Numbered from the stretch's first letter, positions 51,457-64,000 are shown. The stretch is DNA of 64,000 nucleotides from Podarcis cretensis (GCA_951804945.1 OX638155.1:5456001-5520000), one strand, 5' to 3'. The notes: generated by a model not told the origin, from the letters alone. Program-made: numbers and translations.

Positions 51457-53318
51457 GTGAGCAAACAATTTTAGATAAACAATGTTTTTATTTTGTTAAT
51501 ATCAGAATATATTTCCCATCTGCCTCTGCTTTCTCATTATATTCAGAACTATGTCAGTCTTCTTTCTATTCCTTTCAGCCCGCCTTCTTTTAGTTATTAC
51601 ATTATATGTGATCCTTCTGTGAAGTATCTTCTTTCAACAAATCTTTATCTTGATGCATCAGATGATCAGTCTTTGTCTCTTATTTTGGACTGCTGGTGGA
51701 GGCTCACAAAACCTTTTGCACATCTACAAAAAACATAGTTCCCTACATATTGAAAACTATCATGTATGGGAGATGTATAGGAGAAGGCTAGGCTCATCCT
51801 ATTTTCATGTGGAGGTGTATTCATCTCCTCCCGCTTTGAACAAGGCTTCAGCATGTGAGTTCCTGTGAGATTGATTTAATGCATTCTTAATTGTTTTAAC
51901 TTAGTATATTGTATTTGGCTTTTATTTCATATTTTTAAGACTCTTTAAAAAACCTGTATCAATAAATAAGTATATAAATGTGAGCCCTCACCTGCCTTGC
52001 TACTGGTAAGTTTAGTTATGCTGCCTCCATGAAAACTAGGGCCAAGTATCCTATGACAAGTAAGTGTTCATTCCCATCTTTCATCCAATAACCTCTTTCC
52101 ACTACATACCCAACTGCCCACCAATAAGCTGATACTGAGATTCTCATTGCTACAATACCTTTTTAAAAAAGTAATAATGAATTTACTTAACCCTTTTATT
52201 GGCTGAGTTATTTTGGCTGTTGGTATATTTTAGCATGATAAAATGAGGAGATTCAATGGTGAGGGGACTCTGGGAAGAAATTTACAAGCAATTGTATTGT
52301 AAGATTGGTTGCATAATGCTCGTTGTAATTTGCAACCTTCACCCACTATTTAACTACAGCAGCAACATACAAATGGCTTTTGGGGGGGGGGGGGTATTTT
52401 CTATTTAAATGAGATTTCCAGTGTAAGATACGGGTAGAATTTTGAACCCCAGAGAAGGTGTCGTGTGTTGCCTTCTCCCTGTAATTTGAAAGAAAACAGC
52501 TTCAGCTGACAGTGTGTTCTTCTAGGGAGTTCCACACTGCTACAATGGGTGCATCACAGGAAATGTGATTGCAAGTTTCATTACTCCTCTGTCACATGAC
52601 TGTAAGCTGTTTTGATTCCAGTGCTCTTTGGTGACATGTCGCTTATATTTTTCTATTTAAAATATGCTGTCATGGTTGGTGTTGTAAACACACTACAGTG
52701 GCAAGAATTGATGTATTTGGGGGACATTTTATGAGGCATGTGGGGTTTTTGTTTTTTGTTCCTGTAAGGAAAACAATGAATGGTAACTTGCTGAAATTTG
52801 GGGAAGTTGTTTGCGTGACCATTTCTGACAATGTCATAGAAGGACTATCCTGTAGTTCTACTAATGTGTGAATTGGACAATGAAAAGTATGCTGGGAGGA
52901 TGCTTGGATTCCCACAAAATTGTTTGACGTTTAAGAGCAAGTGGGAATTATTTAGGGATTATTGGAACACCAGACAAAAATAGTGCTAATAGTAGTTACT
53001 TTTCATTATTGTAAATGCAAGTGGTAAATCCTCTTGATCACATTAATAAAATGCACATCTGTTTGTTTTGGGCTTTTAGTGTTTTTTCTGTTACAAAAAG
53101 AAAATATTTAAAAGAATAATGCACACACGTAGAGATTTTTGTGCTATGGATACAAGGCACATTGCAGATAATGTAATATATTGTACTTTTAATAGTTATT
53201 AAACATAATTTGTTTTATAAATAGTGCAACTAATTTTAGTCCAGGTCCTAAGGGAAACCTTGTTGGCTCTCTCCATACAGAACAGGAAACATATTCAATG
53301 GTAGATCTTTACCTTTCC

Positions 53319-53321
<3 letters not shown>

Positions 53322-53350
<29 letters not shown>
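53322..53350. repeat. (TA)n microsatellite
   Basis: Direct reading. Confidence 0.85.
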
Positions 53351-53354
<4 letters not shown>

Positions 53355-53560
53355 TTGGCAGCAGAGAGCAGCAGCAAGTTAATTGTTTCAGAGGGCAATG
53401 AATTTAGCCAACATTCATCTTAAGTATCTTAAGGGCACATCGTCTATGCTGTTGATAAAAGTTGCAATGAAAAGATTTTGTCCCATCCTCTCCAACATGA
53501 ATGTAAGAAAAAGTGTGTTGCAGATCCTCCATTGTGAGGACTATGCATGCCATGGGCTTA

Positions 53561-53901
53561 CAGTGGTGCCCCGCAAGACGAATGCCTCGCAAGACGGAAA
53601 ACCCGCTAGACAAAAGGGTTTTCCATTTTGGAGGTGCTTCGCAAAACAAATTTCCTATGGGCTTGCTTCGCAAGATGAAAATGTCTTGTGAGTTCCTGCG
53701 GTTTTTTTCCCTCCCCCCTTTTTCTAAGCCGCTAAGCTGCTTATCTGCTTATCCGCTAAACCGATAAGCCGCTAAAAGCCGCTAATAGCGCTAATAGCGC
53801 TAATCCGCTAATCCGTCAATGGGCTTGCTACGCAAGACGAAAAAACTGCTAGACGAAGAGACTCGCGGAACGGATTCTTTTCGTCTTGCGAGGCACCACT
53901 G
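53561..53901. mobile_element. Tc1/mariner MITE, family 1 (inverted relative to the 33163 copy)
   Basis: TIRs cagtggtgcc-cgcaagacgaa / ttcgtcttgcgaggcaccactg and TA TSD. Confidence 0.9.
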
Positions 53902-55265
53902 TATTTGCATAATTCTTGCCTTCTGAAAAAGGGGGACATTTCCTTAAAGAAGGCATCATACATAAAATACTTGTCTCACATGTCCCTTCTTGTGTATGAT
54001 GTAGGGGGGAAATCAGCACCGTCTCCCACTCTGTGTTGCTGATTGTTTGAAGAGAACTATGTATGGTAGAACAGCAGTCATCATGGGATGACAGGTGTTC
54101 CATGAGGACAGAAGTGAATACACAATGGTATAATTGATGTGGCCAGGCTCTGCCTGGCAGGAGTCTGGCTGTGAGGAGACTTTCCATCCCACCTTGAGCA
54201 AATATCCCACAATAGTCCATCCACCAACTATAGAGAATAGTTGTATGCTGACAGCTCAAGTAAAATCCAGCTCGTGAGCTTTCCCTGGGAAATAGTATTC
54301 TGCCTAATTTTCACCAGGTTACCTCTTTTTAAACCACAAATTGCTGAAGAGATGTCAAGAACTGAAGTTAAGATTAGAAAACTGAGAAACAGAGGGAACT
54401 GAAACTGACTGGTCTGCACTTTCCTAATACATACTTTTTATGTTCTCAAAAAAACTCTTGAGTTGTTCAGGTTGGGGATTTCAAGGAAAGCTACAAAAAG
54501 AAAGTAAGAATGGCTTTTGAATTGAACCAACTGGATATTACCATTTGTCTACCTATGGAAACCTTTCCAATTTAGAAGATGTAGAAAATAAATATTCCTC
54601 ACCCACAACTACTGCCCTCAAATTGTAGCAAAAACATATCATCTCTTCTTGACAGGAGATTACTGGATGATCACATTGAGCATCATATAAAAATATCTTG
54701 CAAAACAAATGCAGTAATGATTTCTTTTTCAAGCCCAAGGCATTGCAAAGTAGCACATGATTTAACAAAATATAACTATATTTTAAAATATTACACTGGA
54801 AGTTGCCTTTGAGCACCTCTCTAATCAGTAGCAGAGAAAGGCTCTGCCTGTTGAAACAATACAGGGCTAAATGGAAAATAAATATGAACTAGTATAAGGC
54901 CCATCACTATTTTCCTATTCACAAATATATTTTGTTTAAATGTTTAAACACATCACTGTGTGGGTCAACCTAAAATTATCACAAGCTGAACCTCTGAAGG
55001 GAATACGTTTTAAAAATTCACTTGTGATAATTTCCTAATATTATTTAGATTTTTTTAATGCACATCAAACATGGAAAAAAGAAATCTGGAACTCTGGTCT
55101 CATTGACCTGCATACTGAAAAGAGCTCTTATGGAGTGAATAACTATAAGGTCTGATCAGTAATCCATTGAGGGGGGTACAACTTGAAAACAATGGTAAAG
55201 GGTAAATTAGAAGCAGTTCTCTACATTAGAAATTATATACTATGTACCATTATTGAAATGGCAAA

Positions 55266-55301
55266 TACAGTTCCCCATGTGGACTCAGAGTGTCACTGTT
55301 G
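55266..55301 (+). promoter_or_regulatory. CSE / CTCF site of V9 promoter (CACT variant)
   Basis: tacagttccccatgtggactcagagtgtcactgttg; 238 bp before the ATG. Confidence 0.75.
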
Positions 55302-55531
55302 GACAACGTGGAAGCAGCCATGGCTCAGCATTTCCGAGACTCTTAGAACACTCTCTCTCAACACTTCAGCAGAGCAGAAAGGAAAAGCTTTTATTTTAAA
55401 AGCTGCTCAAGAAACGAAAGCTCTCAGTTTCCCAAGAATCAGCTCAAAAGAACAGCATTGGTACTATCTCACATTAGTGTACTGGGAGTCTTGCAAACTA
55501 TACTGAAAGAAGGAAGAAATCAGGAAATGCA

Positions 55532-57961
55532 ATGGATGTTATGGAAGTAAAGCAGGCAGAGAGAACAAGGAAGATCACAAAGAGGCAAGTACTGTTTCTG
55601 TTCATATTCTGGTCTGTGTTCTTCTGCCAGGTAGTGTCTGAGAAGGTTCAGTATTCAGTTCCAGAGGAAGCAGAGCAGGGCTCCTTTGTGGGAAACCTTG
55701 TTAAAGATCTGGGGTTGGATGTCAGAGAGCTGTCAAAGCGCAAGCTTGGTATTTCTTCAGAAAAGCAATTCTTTGATTTGAATGAACAAAATGGCAACCT
55801 GTATGTGAATGAGAGGATAGACCGGGAAGAGATTTGTGGTAAATCATCTACTTGTGTCCTCAAATTAGAAGTTGTGGCACACAATCCTTTGAATATTTTC
55901 CAAGTAAATATTTTTATCCAGGACATCAATGATAATGCCCCACATTTCCGGAATGAAAATATTGAGCTTAAATTTAGTGAATCTACTCTGCCAGGAACTC
56001 GATTTGCTCTTGGAAATGCTGAAGATGATGATATTGGAATAAACTCCCTCCAGAATTATCAATTAAGCTCAACTCCATATTTCAAACTAGAAATTCAAAA
56101 CAGCAATGATGGTGGCAAATATGCAGAGTTAATATTGCTGAAACAACTGGACAGGGAAAAGGAACACACACACCACATGGTCCTTACAGCCATGGATGGC
56201 GCAGAACCTCCAAAAACCGGAACAGCAAAAATATTGGTGACAGTTATTGATATTAATGACAATGTCCCTGTTTTCACCCAGACAATCTATAAAGTGAGCC
56301 TGAAGGAGAGTGCACCCAAAGGAACCTCTGTGCTTCAAGTCAAAGCATCTGACAGTGATGAAGGGTCAAATGCTGAGATCACTTATACTTTTAGTGACAT
56401 CTCAAAAACAGCTGAGCAGAAATTTCATCTGGATCCCAGAGATGGAACAGTTACACTCATAGAAAGTGTTGATTTTGAAGAAAGTCAATATTATGTGATG
56501 ATAATTCAGGCAAGTGATGGAGGAGGATTGGCGGCACATTGCAAAGTGGAAATTGAGGTTCTTGATGAGAATGACAATGCTCCAGATGTGATCCTTACCT
56601 CCGTGTCCAGCCCAGTTCTGGAAGATGTCACATCTGGAGCTGTGATTGCTCTCATTAAAGTTCAGGACAGGGATTCTGGGGATAATGGAGAAGTAACCTG
56701 TCACCTGAAGGAACTTGTACCTTTCCTTATAGTCTCATCTTTGGATAATTACTTCAAGCTCCTCTTAGATGGTGCCCTTGACAGAGAAAGGACTCCCGAG
56801 TATAATATTACAATCACAGCCACAGACAAAGGCACCCCTCCACTCTCCACACACAAAACCATATCCATACAGATCTCAGATATCAATGATAACCCACCAG
56901 CCTTTGAAAAATCTTCCTACACTGCCTACATTCCAGAGAACAACCCATCTGGAGCTTCAATTTTCCACATCAAGGCCTCTGACCCAGATCTGGATCGCAA
57001 TGCCAGAATCACTTACTCCATCCTTAACAGCAACATCAAGGATCTGCCTCTCTCCTCCTATGTCTCCATTAACTCTGAGACTGGGATCATCTATGCCCAA
57101 CGCTCCTTTGACTATGAGCAATTCAGGGAGTTTCAGATTCAAGTGAAGGCCCAAGATGGAGGTTCTCCACCACTCAATAGTAGTGCCACAGTGACAGTAT
57201 GTGTTTTGGATCGAAATGATAACGCTCCGCAGATCCTGTACCCCTCACAATCAACAGAGGGCTCTCCTTTCTTTGAGATGGTGCCTCGGTCAGCTGAGTC
57301 GGGTTATCTGGTGACGAAGGTGGTGGCCGTGGACTCTGATTCGGGACACAATGCCTGGCTCTCCTTCCATCTCCTGCAGGCCACAGAGCCCTCACTCTTC
57401 AGCATTGGCTCCCACACCGGAGAGGTGCAAACAGTCCGAGCATTACTTGAGAAAGATGCAGTGAAGCAGAGGCTGGTCATCCTGGTGAAGGACAATGGGC
57501 ATCCTCCTCTCTCAGCCACCACAACTTTGAGCCTGGTGTTTGCTGAGAACTTCCAGGAGGCTCTTCCGGAAATGAACTCCCAACCAAATGACTCAGAATA
57601 TCAGTCTGATCTACAGTTTTATTTGGTATTGGCCTTGACCTTGGTTTCCTTTCTATTCCTGGTGACGGTGATTCTGACCATTCTGATGAAGCTTCGAAGG
57701 TCAAGGAACCCCACTTTCCTTCAGTGCTTTATTCCTGACCCCCACTCAAAGGCTGGTGCCATATTCCCACCCAATTATGAGGATGGAACTTTGCCTTATT
57801 CCTACCAGGTCTGTCTGTCCTCAGAATCCAGGAGGAATGAGCTGACATTCCTGCAGCCCACAGTCCAAATAGCAGAGAACCTCCTTTGCAATGGCAACTC
57901 TGACATTTCTTTGATGGTCAGTGGAGGTAATTTAATTTCTGAAAAGGAAAATGACAGCACG
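55532..57961 (+). CDS. PCDHGB: Protocadherin gamma-B-like variable exon V9 (810 codons to donor)
   Basis: Near-identical paralog of V5/V6. Donor ACG|GTGAGT at 57961/57962; unspliced stop at 58033. Confidence 0.92.
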
Positions 57962-58292
57962 GTGAGTTATATTGCATTCTTTTTTTTCTTTTTTAAGGGA
58001 ATTAGGTGTCTTATCACTTGTTTGAGAGTTTAATTGTAAACAGTAGGTGTTATCAAACTGGCACCCCAGACAATTCAGGCCATGTCACCAGGGAAGTAGG
58101 TAGGGAGTATACTGAGCTGCTACTGCTGCATATCAAGCTAATGAAATGGGCCTTCTAGCAATTGTTGAAGGGCAAAATTGCAAGTTGGGTGGAGCCTCAG
58201 TCAGAATTATCCAGATGCATTTGCATTCTGACTTAGGGTGGCAATCTCGGACCACAGGATGACATAGCATGTTTGAGTGGAGACAGTGCTTA

Positions 58293-58349
58293 TCCTTCCT
58301 TCCTTCCTTCCTTCCTTCCTTCCTTCCTTCCTTCCTTCTTTCCTTCCTT
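58293..58349. repeat. (TTCC)n microsatellite
   Basis: Direct reading. Confidence 0.9.
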
Positions 58350-59378
58350 CGTAGTATGACTAAAATTGAATATGTAGCTATTTTAATGTTATGTCTTAAA
58401 AAACCCCCAGAAAAACAGACATCAAAAAATATTACATTGTATATTCTTCAAGAAGTTCAAAAATTTTCTATTTATTGGCAAACTTCTCCTTATTATTAAA
58501 CTAAATATTAGGATGTTTGTGGGGAGTTTTTTATGTGTTGTGGGGAAGGAAATAGTGGATTGAATATCTTTTGTTGGCGGTCGGCCAACAGAGATAATTA
58601 CATAGTGATTGATGATAGCCAAGTCTTGGTTCCCAGATTCATTTTGGAAAAAAGAGTGAACAAGAGATTAATCTCTGGTACTTTGAAAAAGCTGTTTCTG
58701 TCGTCAAGAGACCAAGAAGCAGTCAGCTCCTAGGAACTCGGATGGGGGTTAAGTGACTTGAGAGCTGAGGAATTTACATCTTGCCCCAAAGCCATGAAAG
58801 AGCTGTGATGGGTATGGGATCTGCAAAAGCCTCCCTTTCTTAATTATGTTTGGAACGGTTATAATTTATAACTGAGGGAGATTTGTCCATCAGCTGGTGA
58901 TAAATTACTTTCAGTGTGTGAGCTGCTTTTTGGCTTCAAGAAGAAGGGAAGGGAAATTGAACATTAAAGGATTGAAGGCAGAACTAAAAGCCTGTTTTGT
59001 GGTTTGAGACAAGGAAGTTTTAAACGAACAATGGAGATCTGTGTTTTTGTATTTTTCAGATTGAGAGTATAGAAATGTTCTACATTATTAAACTTATATA
59101 TTGTTAAAAATGAATATAATAATATTTTTTTAATGGCAACCATAATTTAACGCACACAGAAAGTTAAAATCACAACAGAATAGATTAAAACAAATTAAAG
59201 CTCATACACAGTTGGGTCTGATTGGAAAAGCACAATGTATGATATGGTGAAGTATTGGTGAAAGCTGTCAATAGTACAAGCACCCCTCAGGTCCTGTGAC
59301 TGCATGCTGGTTGCAGAATGAAAAGAGCTCGTGCACAGCCTGTATCTGATCAATGAGTGGTGCAATTAGACTTTCTCT

Positions 59379-59538
59379 CATCGAGTCATAGAGTTGCAAG
59401 GGACCCAAGGGTCGTCTGGTCCAAACCCCTGGAATGCAGGAATCTCAGCTAGAGCATCCATGGCAGATGGCCATGCAGCCTCTGCTAAAAAAAACTTCAA
59501 GGAAGGAGAGTCCACAACTTCCCAAAGGAGACTGTCCC
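59379..59538 (-). mobile_element. CR1 LINE 3' end fragment
   Basis: tcatagagttgcaagggacccaaggg...aaggaaggagagtccacaacttccc, the reverse of a CR1 3' terminus. Confidence 0.65.
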
Positions 59539-59639
59539 AATATGTCATAAAAAGATTCATGAAGCACTCCTAAATTCTCCAACATGTTACCTCATGCTTT
59601 CTAAAACAACTTAGCACAAGATTGTTCAAGATAATGATT

Positions 59640-59900
59640 GTTCTCATATCAATTCATCTATTCACCAAGATCTTCAGTGGAGGCATTCCTGGTGGTCTCC
59701 TTACCTGCATCAGTACATGTTCTGGAAATCATAAGGATGGCATTCTCTGTGGTGGAACAGTCTGCACTTTTGAATTCAATAGTAATGTACGGTGCAGTGT
59801 TTTCATCAACAAGTATTTGCTGGCCATCGGTGTTCAACTCCACTAAGTTGCTGACAACAGTATTATATACTGTACTTTATTATGCATATTATTGCATTGA
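59640..59900 (+). mobile_element. Very old L2 3' fragment
   Basis: Remnant RSS..FLVV...RMAFSVV resembles the end of L2 ORF2. Confidence 0.4.
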
Positions 59901-62123
59901 ACTGGTGCTTATATGGTCTTAAATCAATATTATACACAACCTAGATACTCTTTGGGTGTGGGACTGGTACTATATAATTATTTTAAATAAATATATAAAA
60001 TGCATCAATTCCCCACCTCCAAAAACCATATACTAGAAAGACAAAACACAGGCAATGAGCAATAGGGAAAAACAGGGGTCCCTGTATTGACTTATATGCT
60101 GACCCAAATATGTCTGCATCATGAACCCAAAATCTCTTTCCCCCTTTGCATAACAGTCAGAACAGCTAAGAGCATTTGCAATGTATGATTAGAAATTATG
60201 ACCAGTTGGAACAGTTGTGGTCAACAGTATGTATGTAGGTGAGTGCGCATGTGGCTAGTATTTCCACCTATACCATCTCCAGTCATGCTTCCATGCTGTA
60301 GTAACATAGGTGACAAATGACTATTGAGTCATAACAATGTTAGATGCCCTCTCACCTCTTTGGCTGGGAATGCTTTCCCATGGAAAGGCAATCTGGCAAG
60401 GACATACAGCTGCACACCCCTGTATTTGCTGCTTCATATACATTAATGCTGGATCGTGCCTAATGTGTCAAAAAGTTTGTTGCCAGTGCATATTCTGTAG
60501 TGAAAGATGGAGAATAATTTTAAAAGAACTTTAAGGCATTGCTTAGTGGATCAGATACTTGATTTTCTGTCTTCTGGGGGAAAGCATTCAGCAAATTCAG
60601 TATAGCAGTTTTAGTAGTCCTGCTGATTTTGTAGAACAAGAAGCAGAAGAGGATCAAGATCTCCAAGAAAAATGACTGGAGGTTTAACAGGTCATCACAT
60701 GCTAGTTTTTAATAATTCTTGTTCTGAGCTTGACAACTGATTGTCACACATGAGCTCATAAGCTGACATTGAAAGTTACCCACCTGCAGTAGTGACATGC
60801 ATGGTGGTGGGCAGCTGGTGAATTCACCCCCCACCCCCACGCACTGTTGCCTACCTGGATGGGGCAGAGTGAGGCTGGAGTCATGTGCTTTTAACTGTGG
60901 GAACATTTAGCACTGCTGCTGGTGCACCTGCACACCCCCAACCACACAGTTGTGTCAGCCCAGCCCTGACCAGGTAAGTCCCAGCAACAACACTAGTGTT
61001 GAAGGGTGGCTCCACAACTCCACCCCATTGCGTGTGTCACCCATCTTTTCTTGCTTCTTTTTATCTCTGTAATTTGATGTGGTGTAGTAATAATAATTGG
61101 CTTTAATAGCATTCGTCTTGGCTTTATTTTCTTCTAGGCACAATGTGAGCAATAAATTAAGGAGGACATGGCCTTCTTTGCACTGTGCAGTCATACTTAG
61201 TGTTTATAGAGCACTTTAGTGTAGAAAATGGCTGATATACATTCCCTTGTAACCCATAATAACCCAGAAAGATAGATCAGCATTATTTTCCTCATGTTGT
61301 GGATGAGATGGAGAGAGGATACATTTAGATGTGGCAGATATTGCATTAGTTTTCCTGTCCAGAACGCTAGTGCTTCTGTTCTGTTTTCCAGTGATCCTTT
61401 CACAGTGCAGTACCAGTTGTGTTATTTTTGACCAATATATCAGCATATCAATATATGAGCAATATATCATGTTCCACTAAATTTCATTCACACCAGTGTG
61501 TGTGGTGTGACGCAACAATGAACATCATTGGATAACATTGCAACTATTCCACCCATAGCTGTGAATGTATTCATTCCCCCATGTATTCGGCCCCAAATTT
61601 CATCACTTTACTCCTGCTATTTTCCGGTTTAAGGGAGCAGCAAATGGATTTTTTCTGCAATTAAATAACATGGAAATGAAGTGGATTTCATGCCATGTGA
61701 AAACTTGAATATAATGCAGAAATTAACAGGGAAACATCAGGGAAATGGAGGAAACTGCTGTGTGAACTCAACCAGAGAGAGGAGGAAGGGAGTCTTGCCC
61801 AAGGACAACTAATGAGCTCATGGTTGAAGTTTGATTTGAACTGGGGCATTCATGATGTGCATCTCCTACCCAGTACAGCCTTATTTGAACAATCTCCTCA
61901 AGTGTAAGCAAAGAAAATATGATGGTGCAAAGTTCTAAATCATGTGTGGGGCCCCTACAAGTAGAGTAAGCTCCCCACCTCAGACCCTGGTCCTCAAATT
62001 CATGGAGGGATTTGGATTGTGTACAGATGAAATGCTGGACAGGAAAGGACTAAGAAGCACTCCATATTTCTCCTCAGGTGTTTGCTCATGTATGGACAGT
62101 GTATGCCCAAATAGGGCTTACGT

Positions 62124-62456
62124 GTTGTTGTTGTTGTTGTTGTTTAGTCATTTAGTCGTGTCTGACTCTTCGTGACCCCATGGACCAGAGCACACCAGGC
62201 ACTCCTGTCTTCCACTGCCTCCCGCAGTTTGGTCAGACTCCTGCTGGTCGCTTCGAGAACACTGTCCAACCATCTCGTCCTCTGTCGTCCCCTTCTCCTT
62301 GTGCCCTCAATCTTTCCCAACATCAGGGTCTTTTCCAGGGAGTCTTCCCTTCACATGAGGTGCCAAAGTATTGGAGTCTCAGCTTCAGGATCTGTCCTTC
62401 CAGTGAGCACTCAGGGCTGATTTCCTGAAGAATGGATACGTTTGATCTTCTTGCAG
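62124..62456 (-). mobile_element. Bov-B (RTE) LINE, 5'-truncated
   Basis: (CAA)n tail and characteristic Bov-B 3' text (gaccccatggac, tccaaccatctcgtcctctgtcgtccccttctcc, ccaaagtattggag). 12-bp TSD tagggcttaYgt (62112-62123, 62457-62468). Confidence 0.9.
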
Positions 62457-62831
62457 TAGGGCTTATGTAACACGTACCAAAAAATAAAAATTCAGTTTGA
62501 AGATGAACAGCGTAGAGATGTGAATGAAGAAATAGGAGCTGAGAGGAGCGAAGTGCCAGATGTACTGGTGGTTTACTAGTGTTGTTTCTACATCAAGAAA
62601 AAATCTATTGAATATTCCCTTAGAAAAATGAGCAGAAAACATTGCTGAGAAAGATCCATAACATTTATTCCAGAAATTCCAGTAATGGGGCAGGGCAGGA
62701 ACCCTAAACACACTTGTCTTTCCTGCTCCCTTTCAATTTGATTACAGCAACAAAAATCGTCACTCTTATTTATCCTTAGTGCGTAAATTCTAAGGGAAAA
62801 GAATAGTTATCCTAGCTATATCTGAAGTTTT

Positions 62832-62870
62832 TGCAGTTTGGGCTTGATCCTCTGGGTGTCACTGTTGACC
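62832..62870 (+). promoter_or_regulatory. CSE / CTCF site of V10 promoter (CACT variant)
   Basis: tgcagtttgggcttgatcctctgggtgtcactgttgacc; 199 bp before the ATG. Confidence 0.8.
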
Positions 62871-63058
62871 AGAACCGAGCAGAAATGTGAAATCCTGCCC
62901 AACTGAAGTTGCCTTTCTGTTAAACACAAACACAAAATATCTGAAGGAACAAGCTGCTTGTCAGTGTAAAGAAGAAATGGAAGTACATTTTCCTTAGAAT
63001 AGAGTTGGATACAGGATCTTCTGAACCAGAATTTAAGGGCCTTTAACCTGCTGCAAGG

Positions 63059-64000
63059 ATGGAAGGAATTCAGAGGCTGTGGAATTGCAGAAAGGGAATT
63101 TTCCAGTGCCTTTTCATGATGTTTTCTTGGAAGGCAGTTTCTGGGCAGATCCACTACTCCATTCCAGAAGAGATGCACAAAGGCTCTTCTGTGGGGAATA
63201 TTGCAAAGGACCTGGGAATGGATGGCAAGCAGCTCCCAAACCATGGACTCCGCATTGTGTCTCCTGTAGGTATGATTCAGTACTTTTCTTTGAATGCCAA
63301 CAATGGCCATTTGCAAATATCTGAGAGAATAGATAGAGAGGAAATCTGCAGAGAGGCAGAGAAATGTACGTTAAAGTTTCAGGTTCTTGTTGAAAGCAAA
63401 TTAAAGCTTTATGGAATTGAGGTGGAAATTACAGATATAAATGATAATGCTCCCCACTTCCCTCTATGGGAACAGGAGCTGGAAATCAGTGAGGCATCTA
63501 TGCCTGGATTCCAGATCCCTCTACCCAAAGCTCAAGATCCAGATTGGGGGATAAATTCCGTGCAGAGCTATCAACTCACAGGCAGTAGCCATTTTGCTTT
63601 GCATGTGCAAACAGAAGAAAATGGTGCCAGACTTGTTGAACTTGTGTTGGAAAAGTCATTGGACAGAGAGGAACAATCAGCTTACGATTTGCTTCTCACA
63701 GCTTCTGATGGAGGTGATCCTAGCAGATCTGGCACATTACAAATCCACATTGTTGTTATTGATGCAAATGACAATGCACCAGTTTTCAGCCAACCTCTCT
63801 ATGAAGTAAGTATCAATGAGAATATTCCCAAGTGGTCCATACTTTTGACAGTGAAAGCAACTGATATGGATGAAGGGATCAATGGAGACATTAAATACTC
63901 TTTCCAAGAAATTACAAAGCGCGACTCCCAAATATTTCTATTAAACTCCACAACAGGTGAAATCATCCTTATTGGGAATCTTGATTATGAGGAATCATCT
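63059..64000 (+). CDS. PCDHGA: Protocadherin gamma-A-like variable exon V10, 5' part (truncated by window; close paralog of V7)
   Basis: ATG at 63059, [17 protein letters not shown]...[10 protein letters not shown], reading to DYEESS at the window end (314 codons). It is absent from the ORF track, consistent with no stop being reached. Confidence 0.9.
   Translation, partial: MEGIQRLWNCRKGIFQCLFMMFSWKAVSGQIHYSIPEEMHKGSSVGNIAKDLGMDGKQLPNHGLRIVSPVGMIQYFSLNANNGHLQISERIDREEICREAEKCTLKFQVLVESKLKLYGIEVEITDINDNAPHFPLWEQELEISEASMPGFQIPLPKAQDPDWGINSVQSYQLTGSSHFALHVQTEENGARLVELVLEKSLDREEQSAYDLLLTASDGGDPSRSGTLQIHIVVIDANDNAPVFSQPLYEVSINENIPKWSILLTVKATDMDEGINGDIKYSFQEITKRDSQIFLLNSTTGEIILIGNLDYEESS

Noticed and set aside
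55532-57961. V9 as a V5/V6 recombinant
   Set aside because: The alternating matches are equally explained by private substitutions in V5 and V6; an outgroup is needed.
1-64000. Constant exons, C-type exons, alpha/beta exons, CRISPR or other prokaryotic systems
   Set aside because: No QAPPNTDWRFSQ-like exon or alpha/beta/C-type signature was seen. The sequence is vertebrate, and its repeats are paralogous exons, TEs and microsatellites.

Overview
Vertebrate genomic DNA from the variable region of a clustered protocadherin-gamma (Pcdhg) locus. The repeat content (Sauria SINEs, Bov-B, CR1, L2, hAT and Tc1/mariner MITEs) points to a squamate reptile, probably a lacertid lizard; the taxon is an inference. 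Ten large variable first exons lie in tandem on the + strand in the order A-A-A-A-B-B-A-A-B-A (called V1-V10 here; V10 runs off the window end). Each complete exon encodes a signal peptide, six cadherin repeats, a TM helix and a variable cytoplasmic segment, and ends at a phase-0 GT donor. Each is preceded about 200-245 bp upstream by a forward-oriented CSE/CTCF promoter element. No constant exons were seen. Two decayed exon relics, a 142-nt assembly gap and many TEs fill the spacers. The locus type is well known. The most notable observations are: (i) an AG|GTA donor-like motif conserved at synonymous positions inside EC1 of all seven gamma-A exons; (ii) loss of the CSE CpG (CGCT to CACT) in half the promoters; (iii) a roughly 20-kb B-A-A repeat module with a mappable deletion junction at about 33950; (iv) a shared 7-aa deletion in the cytoplasmic motif of V7/V8, with the missing segment preserved in a relic; (v) a possible extra EC1 disulfide in V2; and (vi) patchwork gene conversion.
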